Source of the DNA: Amphiscolops sp. MND2022
Lineage: Eukaryota
DNA length: 64,000 bases
Direction of reading: 5' to 3'
NCBI GenBank assembly: GCA_964187785.1
Contig: OZ076416.1
Location: forward strand, 46,996,001 to 47,060,000
Under the pieces are notes generated by a model that was not told the DNA's origin, searched no databases, and worked only from the letters and a program-made list of their open reading frames with translations. Position 1 is the stretch's first letter. Each line of letters begins with the position of its first letter. This document shows positions 25,716 to 37,719 of this stretch, in pieces. A program made the position numbers and the translations under genes.

Positions 25716-26090
25716 ATGAGTACTATGCGAAACAAGTGTATTGACCACACTTTTCAAACTTTTCAAGTTAGAATATACAGCGAGGCACTGAGATTGGAGC
25801 ATTAGCAGCAGCAATTGGTTGCTTAGATCTGCTTTTCTCTGAAAATAGTCTATTAGCAGGAGCGAAGTCATGTGGAGAAGAAATGCTCAAACAATGTGTC
25901 CCAGAAATATTGGATGTGATCACGAGCCGAAAATCACCTCAACAGGCAGTTCAAAAAAGCTCTATCAAAAGCGATCAGGAAGCCGATTTGTGGACGAAAG
26001 AAACATGTACAAAAAGCGGTCGAACAAACCAAAATCCTTTACCAAAAGAATACACAAGCGAAAAAGTCATCAGATTTCTTCTCAAAAGTG
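25710..26090 (+). pseudogene. Small Polinton virion/core-like protein remnant (MDEYY...QRGTGIGALAA)
   Basis: QRGxG|IG motif resembling an adenain-type maturation site, located between the mCP and MCP genes. Confidence 0.55.
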
Positions 26091-26091
26091 A

Positions 26092-27305
26092 ATGATTTCA
26101 CCTAACGTTTTACCACTGGCAGCAGCATACAGCTCACTTGACATTTTTGAGCGATCAGCTGTTTTGATTACTTTTGTTTTTTCTTTTGAAAAACAAACTG
26201 GACCTACTTACGCACCTTATGGATCAACAATAGAGTTTGAAGTTGTTGGAGACCAAAATAATTTTTTTGATCTACAAAAAATTTTTCTGGAAGTGAATTG
26301 TAAAATTGTGTAAAATGACGGAACCGACTTGCGTTACGATGCAGCTGATGCCAATGCAACAAATTCTCCCATTTTTGTAAATAACACTCTTCATTTCTTT
26401 TTTATCTGAATGCACAGTAACTGCAAATGGGATGAAAATTTCAAACGCCAACGGTCTTCATGCTCATAGAGCCTTCATTGAAACAGAAATTTTCAATGGA
26501 AAAGAAGCGAAAGAGATGGTTGAGCTGCCAGGGTTACACATACGAAAGTAAACCGCCGACACAACAGCTGTTTTCACAACAAGGGAACGGGACTCCAGAC
26601 AATCCCATGAGTTGACCTGTTTCGGTAAAATTGCATCAGGTGTGTTCTCATGTGACAAACATTTGCTCAGTGGAGTTACTTGACGCGTTTCCTTCATGAG
26701 ATCCAAGCTCGAATTAGTTTTGATTTACGACTATGCTGCAAACAATTACAATTAAATTAACTCAAACCAACCTTTGTGTTCGCAAAATGACTAACTGATA
26801 GCCATAGGTAGCCGAAGTTGGAGCAAAGTGGATGTACTCAGCAAAGAACCTCTTCGACGCTTTGCATCGGCTCTAGTTTCCATTCAAGCGTTTCTCGAAT
26901 CAAAACTCACAATTTCTTTTCATTATCAGAAACATGTTTTGAACGATATAACAGTGTATCGGGAAGGATATCCTATAGCAGGAACACCATTGGCGACAGA
27001 TGATGAGAACGGAGTATATATATCAATAGTTGATGCTCTTGCCTTTGGTTATCATGGACAAGAAATTCCTTTCAGTGATTACAGCAATCATTTTCTGATT
27101 GTTTTTGATATCACCAGTACCCAACAAGCGTCGCTCGCATGATTTTCTATACCATGAACTCACCAATGCAGCCATTTCTATCGAACTAAAGTTTTCAGCG
27201 GCGCTTGCTGGGAACACTGATATTTTTTCTCTTGGGCGAAAGACCTTCTCGGTCTTTCTACGTATATTGATTCGAATCGGAAGGTATCCAAAATCGTTAT
27301 TCTGA
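26092..27305 (+). pseudogene. Polinton major capsid protein (double jelly-roll, PY) remnant
   Basis: SSLDIFERS...IEFEVVGDQNNFFDLQKIFLEVNCKI; NNTLH...ECTVTANG...HRAFIETE; C-terminal FDITSTQQAS...ISIELKFSAAL. Confidence 0.85.
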
Positions 27306-27324
27306 ATCCAACAACATAAATATA

Positions 27325-27741
27325 GATGAAGTTTACCTCGCTCAGCTAATACAATACACATCGCGTCTCAAAAACAGGTCTGGAGGTTTTTATCCAGCAG
27401 TAAATATCCATTTTTGCTGCATACCGATACGTTTATTGTGATTAATTCGGAAAATTCAATCAGCATCGGCGGTAGACATTGGGAGATTTGTGAAAGGTGA
27501 ATACAATTTTACGGACCCCCTCGGCGTGGACTTGTTTTCTCATTACCCAAATTTTGCCACAAGACTTTTTCTGTCAACATTGACATTTCGACAAGTTTTG
27601 ATAAATGATTCTCGCACGCCCTCACAAAGTCAAAACTCAAACTTGTGTGGTTTATATTGTACTTATATTGCTCTCTTTTTTAAGTATCTATTATCCGAAC
27701 ATTTCATTTTTTTACTGAAACCGATTTGCAACGCTCAGTGA
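27325..27741 (+). pseudogene. Polinton adenovirus-type cysteine protease remnant
   Basis: GRHW...DPLG...QSQNSNLCGLYC, giving the H/D/Q/C catalytic arrangement. Confidence 0.85.
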
Positions 27742-27974
27742 AATATTTGTTGTAATTCAATTTTAAATTTCAAGTTTTTTTCATTAGAAGAAAAAGTTAG
27801 AACAGGAGATCCATGACCACTTAAAAAAAATCTGCGGTGAGAAAAAGATGTCCACCATATTGTCCGAGCATAACACTTTCCAACGCTGCATTTTTGTTGA
27901 ACTCAATCTCGAATGGACTCGTCGCGCATTGTCTCATTTCTGCTTTGACAAACAAAAATGGATTTTCTATTGCC

Positions 27975-28421
27975 GTCTAAAAACTTTATTCTGAAAGAGC
28001 AGGAAGATATCGATTTGCTAGAAGTTCTCAACTTCCCAGATGTGTTCTCTGTTGGATGTTTTTAGAAGTTGACCTTCATTATCCAGATCATTTACTTGAT
28101 TTTACACGCAGATAACCCCTTGGCACCTACAAAATGTTAATTATTGCTGGCTGGGTGAATATCAGACTCGTTTGCTGGAAAAAACAGGCTCGGCTACACT
28201 TTCCGCGAAAAATAAAGGCTCTTAATGACAAGAGAGCAATTACACATTATATTATCTTACTTTCAAGTTATACTGTGAATTGGGACTACAAGTCACCAAA
28301 GTATACAGAGTATTACAATTCGAACAATCAAAATGGCTGCAACCGTACATTCAACTCAACACACCAAAAAGCAAAGCCTCTTCAATTAAAGTTGAGTAAA
28401 ACTTTCACAAACTATTGAGCA
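27975..28421 (+). pseudogene. Displaced second copy of a pPolB segment
   Basis: Colinear homolog of 31148-31612 (EVDLHYPD...KLYCELGLQVTKVYRVLQFEQSKWLQPYIQLNT). Confidence 0.88.
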
Positions 28422-28429
28422 TTTCCAAC

Positions 28430-29462
28430 AGATACATAACCTTTCAGTGGTGAATCATTGCTGCTATTGTAACAATTTCTTTGGAGATACCACAAAGTAT
28501 ACAAACCTTTTTGAAACGCTCAATAATTTTCCTGTCAACTTTGTACCAAAAAATTCCAAGTCATTGAAAAAAGTACTGATTATAAACAAGTAGCATCAAC
28601 TTTTGATGGGGATGTACAAACCTTTCAACTGGATAGGAAAATCACTTCGACTGAGTTATATGAAATGATATATCAACAAAAATGTCAACTTCAAAATCTT
28701 GCCTGTGAAAAAGTTCGCGATGCACTACGATCTATATGCCGAAACGAACTAGCAAGATCTTGCTAGTTCGATTAACAGCCAATAGAAACGCGTTTTTTCA
28801 GATACGCGGTACCAAATTTGCCCGTTACTAAGTGTGATTTGGCGTTACGCGTAGTGATCAAAATACAGTAAATGACTACTTTACACATTCTGCAATTACG
28901 TACCCTGACTGGTTTCTACTTCCCACACGAATGGGAGCATCGTTCGGAGATATTTCTACTCATGGTGTGTACCAAAATGTTGCTGGTTTCGACTTTTCTC
29001 TAATTACGCAGTTTTTGATTACACTGTGCATCACAATCCGCGACGAACACGATGCACTGTTCGACTGTTTTACGGAAAATACACTTTACACTTGATGATA
29101 AATTCTACTTTTGCGGCATATGTATCGTAATGTGGTTCAAAAAAACGTCAACCGACTGCCGAATTGAAAGTGGTAACGCCCAAACTGAACGAAATGAAAT
29201 GTCTGAAGACACCTTAACAGTTTTAGGCAATTCTGACTGTGTACCAGTATACTTCTTTGGGATTACTGATGAGTACTATTATAGTTTAATGGAGCAACTC
29301 ACATCACGTTTGTTTAGTTTTGCATTGCATGGGATTGGATGGATTTCGTTGGTGTTTTATAGTAAAATTCTCAACATTTTCCGTCCTATGGGGAAGCTTC
29401 TATATGGCTCTTCTAGTCAGTCTCCAAAATTGCAAGTACTTGATCAGTTTTCGAAACAATAA
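28430..29462 (+). pseudogene. Candidate viral envelope glycoprotein remnant (chuvirus-G / gB-like class III fusogen)
   Basis: An open frame at 28527-28765 gives SCQLCTKKFQVI...LYEMIYQQKCQLQNL. Later frames give LTANRNAFFQIRG and WFLLPTR, plus a hydrophobic C-terminal FALHGIGWISLVF. Similarity is judged from memory of chuvirus-like G proteins, not computed. Confidence 0.45.
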
Positions 29463-29639
29463 CGATAATTGTTTTTTCATTTTGCTTCACAAATGCCTAT
29501 CATTTATCCACCAACAATCCTCTGATTTTGTCCAGCTCATGGAGGTGCCAAACCAATCGAGAAACGTATAATCCCAGAACAAATCTGTTAGCCAAAAAGC
29601 ACGAGAGGAATTGCCCTTCAATCAAATTGAGCGGTTCGA

Positions 29640-32310
29640 AAAATCAACGTCAATGTCTTCCGATTCGAAACTAAGGATTTGGATCCCTTGAGAACCTCAA
29701 AATTCAAAAGCCGTTTCATCTTGGACCTGTTGCCTTTATCAGAGCATACTAGTATTAATTACGTTTCGATTATTGCTTTGAAAAGTTTCATCAATTTCTT
29801 GAGAAAGCTAAGTCGACCAAGGGTTGAATTTTGCCGAAACAGTTTCTTGGTTTGTGACTCAATCAGGAGTTTGGGTTGAAAAATCAACAGACCAGTTGTT
29901 ACGCGTATGAGGCCGCAGTAACAATTTTACCTGAGGAAGAGAAAGTTTCATAAATTAAAAAAAAACGAGAAATTTGGTTCCTTTCCTTGGTTATTTATCT
30001 TGATACGGAATCACTTCTTGTTCCTATTGACTCTTGCACAACTGCGCCCCATGTTAGTAGTGAAACAAAAATTAGAAGAACTTGTTGCTTGTGGTTATGC
30101 CTTCGCTGTTGTAGAACATGGAAAAGACAAAATCGTTTCTGACAGGATAAAACGATCCCCTATTTGTTTGGAGGATCTAATTTTTAAATTGCTAAAACTT
30201 GCCGAGGATATTTACAATAGGAACCAAGTGGACCGAATATTTCGATTCAAACCACACAGAAAGAATCAGTCAGTCAGTGTTGGATCTGTGAAACACCCTT
30301 TGAGAACGATCAAGACAAGTTTTGGATCACTGTCACTACAGTGGTAAATTTCTAGGATGGGCTCATTTTTATTGTAACTTCAGCAGAAAGTCACTCGACT
30401 TCACTCCAGTCATCCCAACAACTGACGAAAAGTTGATTTCTTTTACTTTGTCTGCGTGGGTTAATTCTTACGTTGACAAAAAACGGAAGGTTCAAATATT
30501 CATCAGAATTTGAGCTTCTTGGACACTCTGAGGTTCATACCGCAGTTATTGCAGAAACTGTTATTTTACCGAAGAAAAATTTTGTGTACCTTGAGAGTTC
30601 AAAGGATTTGAAACTCCAACACAGATTCATTTGCGCAAGAGAAAAGGTGTTTACCCTTACACATATGTGGATAATTTTGACAAATTCGAGTATGAACTTC
30701 CGAAGATTTTTGGAAAATAACGCTCGAAGGAAATGAGGTAACAATCTCTAAAAGTAACTTGGATCATGCAAAGCTAGTATTTCAAGAATTTGACGGCAAA
30801 AATTTGTGGAATTACCATGAGTAGTATTTAATAACAGATGTTCTCATTCTTGCAACGATCTTCGAAGACTTCCGAAATGTTATTCTACTTACGGTCTAGA
30901 CTCTGAACGATTTTACACTGCCACCAGCTAATACTGGGAGGCATTTCCGGCTGATGTTGAACTTCTGACAAGCTGCGAGCATTCAGAATTGGCTGAGAAC
31001 CTATTTAGATGAGGACTTTCTTCAATCTTTGCAAAAAGAAATTTCGAAGCCAACAACAAGTATTCACTAATTTTCAACCCCAAAGCAAAACATACTTTTG
31101 GCCTATTCATTGATGCAAAGGGTTTGTACGGTGGAGTCATGGAGTTGCCTAAAAGCTTTATTCTGAAAAAGAAATCGATTTGTAAAAAATCGATTTGCAA
31201 AATTTCTCAACTTTCCAGATGTCTCCTCTGTTGGATATTTTTGGAAGTTGAACTTCATTATCCAGATCGCTTACTTGATTTTACATGCAGATTACCCGTT
31301 CGCACCAACAAAAAAGATGTTAAATATTACTGGGTGGATGCGTATCAGACCGTATGTTAGGAAAAACAGGCTCGGCTACGATTTCCACGAAAAATAAAAT
31401 TGATACAGACTCTCTATGACAAGAGCAATCACACATATTATCTTACTTCGAAGATATACTGTGAATTGGGATTACAAGTCACCGAAGTATACAGCGTTTT
31501 GCAATTCGAACAATCAAAATGGCTACAACTGTAAATTCAACTCAACACACTAAAAAGCAAAGCCTTTTCAAATAAAGTTGAGGGAAACTTTTACAAACTT
31601 GAGAAATTCAGCATTCGGTAAAACAGTGGTAAGCAAGAGAAAACGATTAAAAGTCGAAATTGTTCGTACAAGAGAAGAGTTGCTAGCAAAAAAACAAATT
31701 GTGGATGAAAACGTACAAGATTTTTGACAAGCAGCTAGCAGCTTTTTCCTTCGATCAGCGAAAAGTTTACTGGGACAAGCTAACAATAGTAGGTGCTACT
31801 ATTCTGGATTTGTTGAAGCGGCATATGTACTGGTTTCACTACAAGTACATGAAACCAAGTTTCATGACACAAGTTTTTTGTTCATATTTATTATGAGATC
31901 GAATCAGACGGCTTTTACAAAAACCTTGAAGTGAATAAATCAATTTACAACGATTTTGACTTATCAAATTGTATTCGAAAAATAAAAAATTGGGAACGCT
32001 CAAATTTAATGTTGAAATTGATGTGCGTAGTTTTGTAACCCTCAAGTCAAAGTTGTATTCAATTGTAATGGCAGACACGCAAAAATGTCGGCAAAGGGAA
32101 CTACTAAATTTGCACAAAAATAGTTTACAGCATGCGGTATTCTACCGATTCCTTGCCAAAGAAACGCTGTTGAGAACGTTGTATTACACAATAAACTCGA
32201 AAAATAACATTTTTTTTACAATGCGGAGCAATCAAATTTTATTGCGCTGCTTTGACGATAAACGTTATATAATATCGAACGGCGTTGATACACTGCCGTA
32301 TTTACATTTC
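29640..32310 (+). pseudogene. Protein-primed family B DNA polymerase (pPolB) remnant
   Basis: Exonuclease DTESLLVP; DVLILATIFEDFR...YGLD; motif A FIDAKGLYGGVM; FVTLKSKLYS; C-terminal FDDKRYIISNGVDTLPY. Confidence 0.9.
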
Positions 32311-33554
32311 TCATTGACGGAAGACGCAGTTGTAAGAGAAATCAGTCCAGACGTGGTATGGGGAGAAGAGGAGGTGGAGGAGGTTCTTCTGAATACTCAA
32401 TCCTCTTCCACACCGATACCTTCAAAAAGATTAGACTTTTTACACCCCCTGATCCTGGTTTGCCACAAACTGCAGTGAAAGAATGTGACATTCAAGAGGT
32501 AATTGAGTAATAGAATCGTCAGATGTAGAAACGGAACTATCAATTGATGGATCTAAAATATTTTTAGACTTGGACGCAATTAAAAACCCTAACCCTAATC
32601 CTTCTCCTCGCATAACTTGTCGAAACATTAGTAACTAGTATTAAATTATATAAGTCATTTGTATTCAACCATAAACTTTGAATAAAGTAATGTTTTGCTA
32701 GTGTTTTCGTTTAACAAAAGTACCAGAAAAGAAGAAATACCAGTTTTTTTGTGGGCGCATCAGACGGAAAGCAGCGTTTTGGCTAAATGTGGAAATTAAG
32801 ACCTTTTGCAAAGTTTGAAAGGAAATAATTAGGAATTGAAGAAAATTCCACAACCAGCATTTCAGTTAAGTAGAGCTTTCCAATTCACTCGAGAACTATT
32901 GTAAAAATGGGTGGCGATAAGAGGTTCCCTCTCAATTAACCACCGTTGCAAATGAACCAATCAAAAGTTTATACCAAGTTTGGAAAGTTTACTACAGCTT
33001 GCTGAAACTGGAAAGTGTTAGTTATTCCACCACCACGTTACAATTCACTTGCAGCAAAATGTCAATGTGTTTTCTTGCAAACATTCAAAACAATCAATCA
33101 AATCGTAAGAATGTCTATGCTTACATGTACTTTATAAATCGATAGGCTTTTGAAATATATTCCGAAAAAAAAATTGTTCAAGCGTCGAATCCTAAACGAT
33201 TTCCGAGTGTCAAAACTTTCATTCCAACCGCCGAATTAAATTCAATCCAAAAGGAGCGGGTCCTTAAGTTCTTTTTATGGAAGAATCCTGCCCCGTTGTA
33301 AACCCGGCCGTTTTCTTCACCACTAAGATGAGATTTTCAAGATATTTCGTAATAATTTTCTGAAAATGCCAAGTGATGTCTTTTTTTGTAATTTTTGTTC
33401 GATTCCAAAACCAAAATAACCCTTCAATTCTGATCAAAGTTTCAGAAAGTTCTGCTGCTGGGACTTTCGTGTCAAATGAAACTGAATTTTTTTGATGTCC
33501 TTGTGCTGATTGTCTGGGCTATTTTTTTGAGAAAACATGTCATGGTAATTGCAG

Positions 33555-33652
33555 GCTCCAGAAATTTGTAACACTGATTGCTCGTGGAAGGCTCTTGAAA
33601 CGATGGAGAAACATCTTCTGGGCCCACTGGGAATGAAAACATTGGACCCGAG
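33555..33652 (+). CDS. AGL: Glycogen debranching enzyme, exon ([33 protein letters not shown])
   Basis: Acceptor attgcag|, donor |gttaga, phase 0->2. Matches APELF...WKALE...[12 protein letters not shown]. Not shown in the ORF track. Confidence 0.96.
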
Positions 33653-34399
33653 GTTAGATTGAAATAATATCGACAAAGCAGCTGTGATGTTGTTTGTTTT
33701 CTGTTGGGAACCTTGGATATTATTGAGATTGGTGAAGGCAAGGTTCTAGGGTCACTCCTGTAATGCGATGTTGTGAGAGTTCCGTTGTTCCTTTGTAACC
33801 AGGGCCTAGCTGCTTGTGATATAGATATTTTGGCAAAAGCGAACAATGATTTGTAGTTCGCTGAGAGCTTTCTGAGGGAGCGAACAAATCTGCCGATTTT
33901 GGGAAGGTGATGTTGTCGCCCTGTTTAGGAAAGCTGAATACGTTATAATGAGATTTATACGCTATATTCGAATTTTATACGTAGAATTCATTCTTTGACG
34001 ATATGTACGTTATGTCAGGTATCGGGAGAAGTTTTCCAAATCGAAATTCGAACCCACCTAAAACAGCCTCGGAGCACATATGATTCAAGTTTTACTGGAC
34101 TGAACCAACTAACGATCTAGATTAAAATTAACGGCCGGGTGCAATTAGGAAAAGTTTGGTTTTTCTTCAATTTCCCGAGCATAGAAAAAATATTCAAAAT
34201 TGAGACATATACGGAATTTTTTCTCTTACTTAATACTTCCTTAATAATAACTGGATTGACGGAATGGTCAGAAATTTTTTTGTATGGCTAACAAGACGAG
34301 AACGTCTAAAGCCAGCTTCCTGCTTGAGGCTCAAGAAGCTCTAAGTCTCAATAAAATGCTGACGGTGATTATTTTGTAAATTACCTGGAAAGAACTAAA

Positions 34400-36211
34400 G
34401 CTATTTGATGAGGCATTGAACAACAGTTTTTTCAGTTTTTCACAGCCTTGCAGATTTATGTCCAAAACTGCTTTCTCCACTCGTTGCTCCAATGCCAAGC
34501 GATTTTTAGGAGTCGAAAAAATTTTTCGACTAATTATGCAATCGTGCTGTTTTTTTTGTTTTTTTTTCTCCCGACCTTTTCATGAAAATTTCAAATTTCT
34601 CAAAAAGTGTCCATACAATTTTCACGAAATTTTGCACAGTCATTCTACACTCAAAGGGGCCCCTGCGTGCGCAAAGGCATCAAAATCGTATGGTTGGGAT
34701 GTGAGAAACATAGCCAAAATTAGCCCAAAAATGGCCAAAAAACAGCGATTTTTCGACTTTTTTCGATTTTCTCAAAAACTCGATAGGATTCGAACGAAAT
34801 TTTCTACAGTCGTTCTACATCATAATAGAGTCCTATATGTGCAATGACATCAAAATGGTATGGTTGGGATGTGAGAAACATAGCCAAAATTAGCCCAAAA
34901 ATGGCCAAAAAACAGCGATTTTTCGACTTTTTTCGATTTTCTCAAAAACTGTCCGTCCGATTCGAACGAAATTTTCTACAGTTATTCTACATATTAGAGT
35001 CTTATATGTGCAATGCATCAAAATCGTATGGCTGGGATGTGAGAAACAGCCAAAATTAGCCCAAAATTGGCCAAAAAACACTCATTTTTCGATTTTTTTT
35101 CTATTTTCTCAAAAACTGTCCATACGATTCGAATGAAATTTTGTACCGGATGTGAGAAACATAGTCTAAATTAACCCAAAAATGGCCAAAAAATAGCCAT
35201 TTTTCGACTTTTTTTTACTTTTGCTAAAACTGTTCATACGATTCGAAGGAAAATTTTTACACTCATTTTCTTCACCATAGTATGGTCCTATGTGTGCAAT
35301 TCCAATAAATTGTTATGACTGGGATTGGGGCGAGTCAGAAGAAAAAAACCTAAGCCGATTCCTTTACCGCATATGCGGCTCTGGTTTTGTTATGGTCCAT
35401 TATAAACTGCCTCCAATAGCCTCGACCACACGTTTCCCATTCCGGGCTACGAGCGGGCCAATTCAGGAGTGAAATTCCCCGCTCCTCAAAGAAATTTTGG
35501 GAAATCTAAAAGATGCACGCTACTATTATCTTGTTGAAAGATGAAATCGTCTCCTATCATGTCGTAAATAACCAGCAGGTCACAGTTTTGAAGAAATTTG
35601 TTGGTGAACAGTCAAAGTTACACGTCCATCTTTTTTTTCAAAAAAAACTGTTCAAGAAAAAAGCATTCCCCAGACCATGATGCCTCCGCCCCCACCTCGG
35701 CGGTTGTTTCGATCTAGTTTTTCATTTTTCCACATCCAGGTCTTCCAATGGTCGGATTCGTCGAGGTTGAATTTTTTCCGTCAGAAAAAAACTACTTTTT
35801 GCCATTCCACTCGATCAGCGATCCAGTACTCACAATTCTCCATTCTTTTTTCTTTTTGTATTAGCGTCAGAAAAGCGTTTTTGGTTTTTTATTATATTTC
35901 AGGCCTTTTCGCTTGAGGTGGCGTCTTATCGTTGCACTGAAAGCCTTTATGGTGCAAGATTTTTTCAGTTTGTGAGAGGAAATTTGTTTATTGAAATTTT
36001 TGAGACGCAAAATTTCTACTCCATTCCTGTATTTTTTGGAGTTCACGAGTGCTGATTTGGACCCGGTCGTGCATTTCGTTGGATTGTAGTTGTTGTTGAT
36101 CATGTATTGTATCGTAGTTTGCGATAAATTGAATTCTTGTGCAAATTTTCTGTAAGATTTTCCTTCAGCCGATTTTTGCTTTCCTAAATCAGGTATTTCT
36201 TTGCTGTGCAT
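34400..36211 (-). mobile_element. Degenerate Tc1/mariner transposase, split by a repeat insertion
   Basis: HTH ORF 35867-36211; VVFSDGKKFNLD; GGIMVWG; FIFQQDNSSVH; WPARSP near 35450. The probable C-terminal piece resumes below 34560. Confidence 0.8.
34560..35391 (+). mobile_element. Non-autonomous repeat with ~170-bp internal tandem units and a 3' hairpin + TTGTT end
   Basis: gggatgtgagaaacatagccaaaattagcccaaaaatggcc recurs near 34695, 34865 and 35035 (partial near 35150). Ends agccg...cggctctggttttgtt. Confidence 0.75.
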
Positions 36212-37044
36212 TTCGAAAAAGACGCAATTGAACGTTTAATCTGATATGATAATTGTGTGAAATAATTCGGTTGTCAATGAAAAGTTTGACAGGTAATTTC
36301 CGGAAAGTATGAAAAAATTTGAGCCGCAATTGATCAAGTTCGAAAAATAACATTTTTAGAGTGGTATGAAAAAATTTGAGCAGCAACGTAATAAAACTTG
36401 CCGAACATCATGTCTCGAAATTGCAGCCAATTTTTTGATGATTCTTTCAAGCAGCTTGATAGAAGTTGATGACAACAGGGAAATCTTAACGCCTTAAAGT
36501 TTTCCAAGAGATTTATAAAATCATTTCTAAAAAGTTCAAACAAGCTCAAGAAGGGTCCTAGGTAGACACCGAACCGATAACTGTCTGCTTCGGAAGCGCT
36601 CACCCTAACTTACTGTTTGCGTGGGCAAATTGGCGATGTGGACAAAAGTTCTGCTGAAAAGTGGATCATTCGCATACATTGAGATCTTACCGAAACTATT
36701 GGCTGTTATAGTTGATCCCTTTGTCGTGTAGAATGTGCCGACCAAAGCGGCTACATTAATGTTACCGTCTAGAATATACGTCCAATATGACGTCTAAAAT
36801 TCAGAATCAGCTCGATTTTGTCCAATTATGAAAAGAGAATTTTGACAAAGAATTGATACGAACTCCCGTCACGTGATAGACGCATTACTGTAAACCAAGA
36901 CGACCGCTGACCAGCAGAATATTTTCCGTCTAAACTGTTCTAGCAACGACATATTTTTGAGACTGAAGAGTATTCATTGCGCTATGAATACGCGTAGATG
37001 ATGAAAAAAGTTTTGACACTCTTTAAATAAAGTCATCCCATTCC

Positions 37045-37710
37045 ATTCCCATTTCAAGGAAACACTTCAAGAACACGTCAAACACCTGTTTTTAGTCGGC
37101 GCTTCATGAAGTGAAACGCGACTATTATAGTGACATTTCTTTTTTTCAATCCACACGAACTGACCAAAATAGTTCTTAAAAGTTCTACAGAATATTATTG
37201 GACCAAAATGCACTATTTGGTCTAGCGAACTGAACCAAAAAGGTTTTTCCTGTTTTCCCGCGTACCATACCATATCCGGGGAGACCAAAGGGTACCCCCT
37301 TCCAATTTTTTTCGGCACTGCGGGACTTTTTTTCCGGAAATTTTTTTTCTTCAAAGGGTCCCCCCTTCAACTTTTTTTGCTGTTTTGCGACAGAATGGAT
37401 GTTGGAAAATCCCAAAGGGTCCCCCCTTTCAATTTTTTTTTCGGCACTGTGAGATTTTTTCCGAATATAAAAATTTTTGTTTTCTTCAATTTTTTCATGT
37501 TTTGCGACAGAATGGATGTTGAGAAACTTCAAAGGGTCCCCCCTTTCAGTTTTTCGACATTGTGAGACTTTAGCGCGCCACTCGGTCCATTTTTTTTCGA
37601 AAAATTTTCGATTTTCGAGTACTGTAAAAGAGAATACTTGACACTTGGAAGTCTTTTTGCTGTTTTTGAGCCTTGGATATGGCGCCGACTTGGGCCGGTC
37701 CCGGCTTGTT
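37045..37710 (+). mobile_element. Copy of the hairpin/TTGTT-ended repeat family
   Basis: Repeated cggcactgtgagac / aaagggtccccccttc modules; terminal gagccttggatatggcgccgacttgggccggtcccggcttgtt. Confidence 0.75.
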
Positions 37711-37719
37711 TGTCTGCTA

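Larger units (their letters stand above)
22091..33324 (+). mobile_element. Polinton/Maverick, 11.2 kb, full boundaries, coding sequence decayed
   Basis: TIRs AGTACTGAAGAAAACGGCCGGGTTT... and (reverse complement) AGTGGTGAAGAAAACGGCCGGGTTT...; 6-bp TSD aaggtg/aagatg. ATPase, INT, mCP, MCP, protease and pPolB remnants are all on the + strand. Confidence 0.93.

Noticed and set aside
32585-32598. Interstitial telomeric repeat (AACCCT)2
   Set aside because: Only about two units, compatible with a low-complexity NPNP coding tail in the Polinton.
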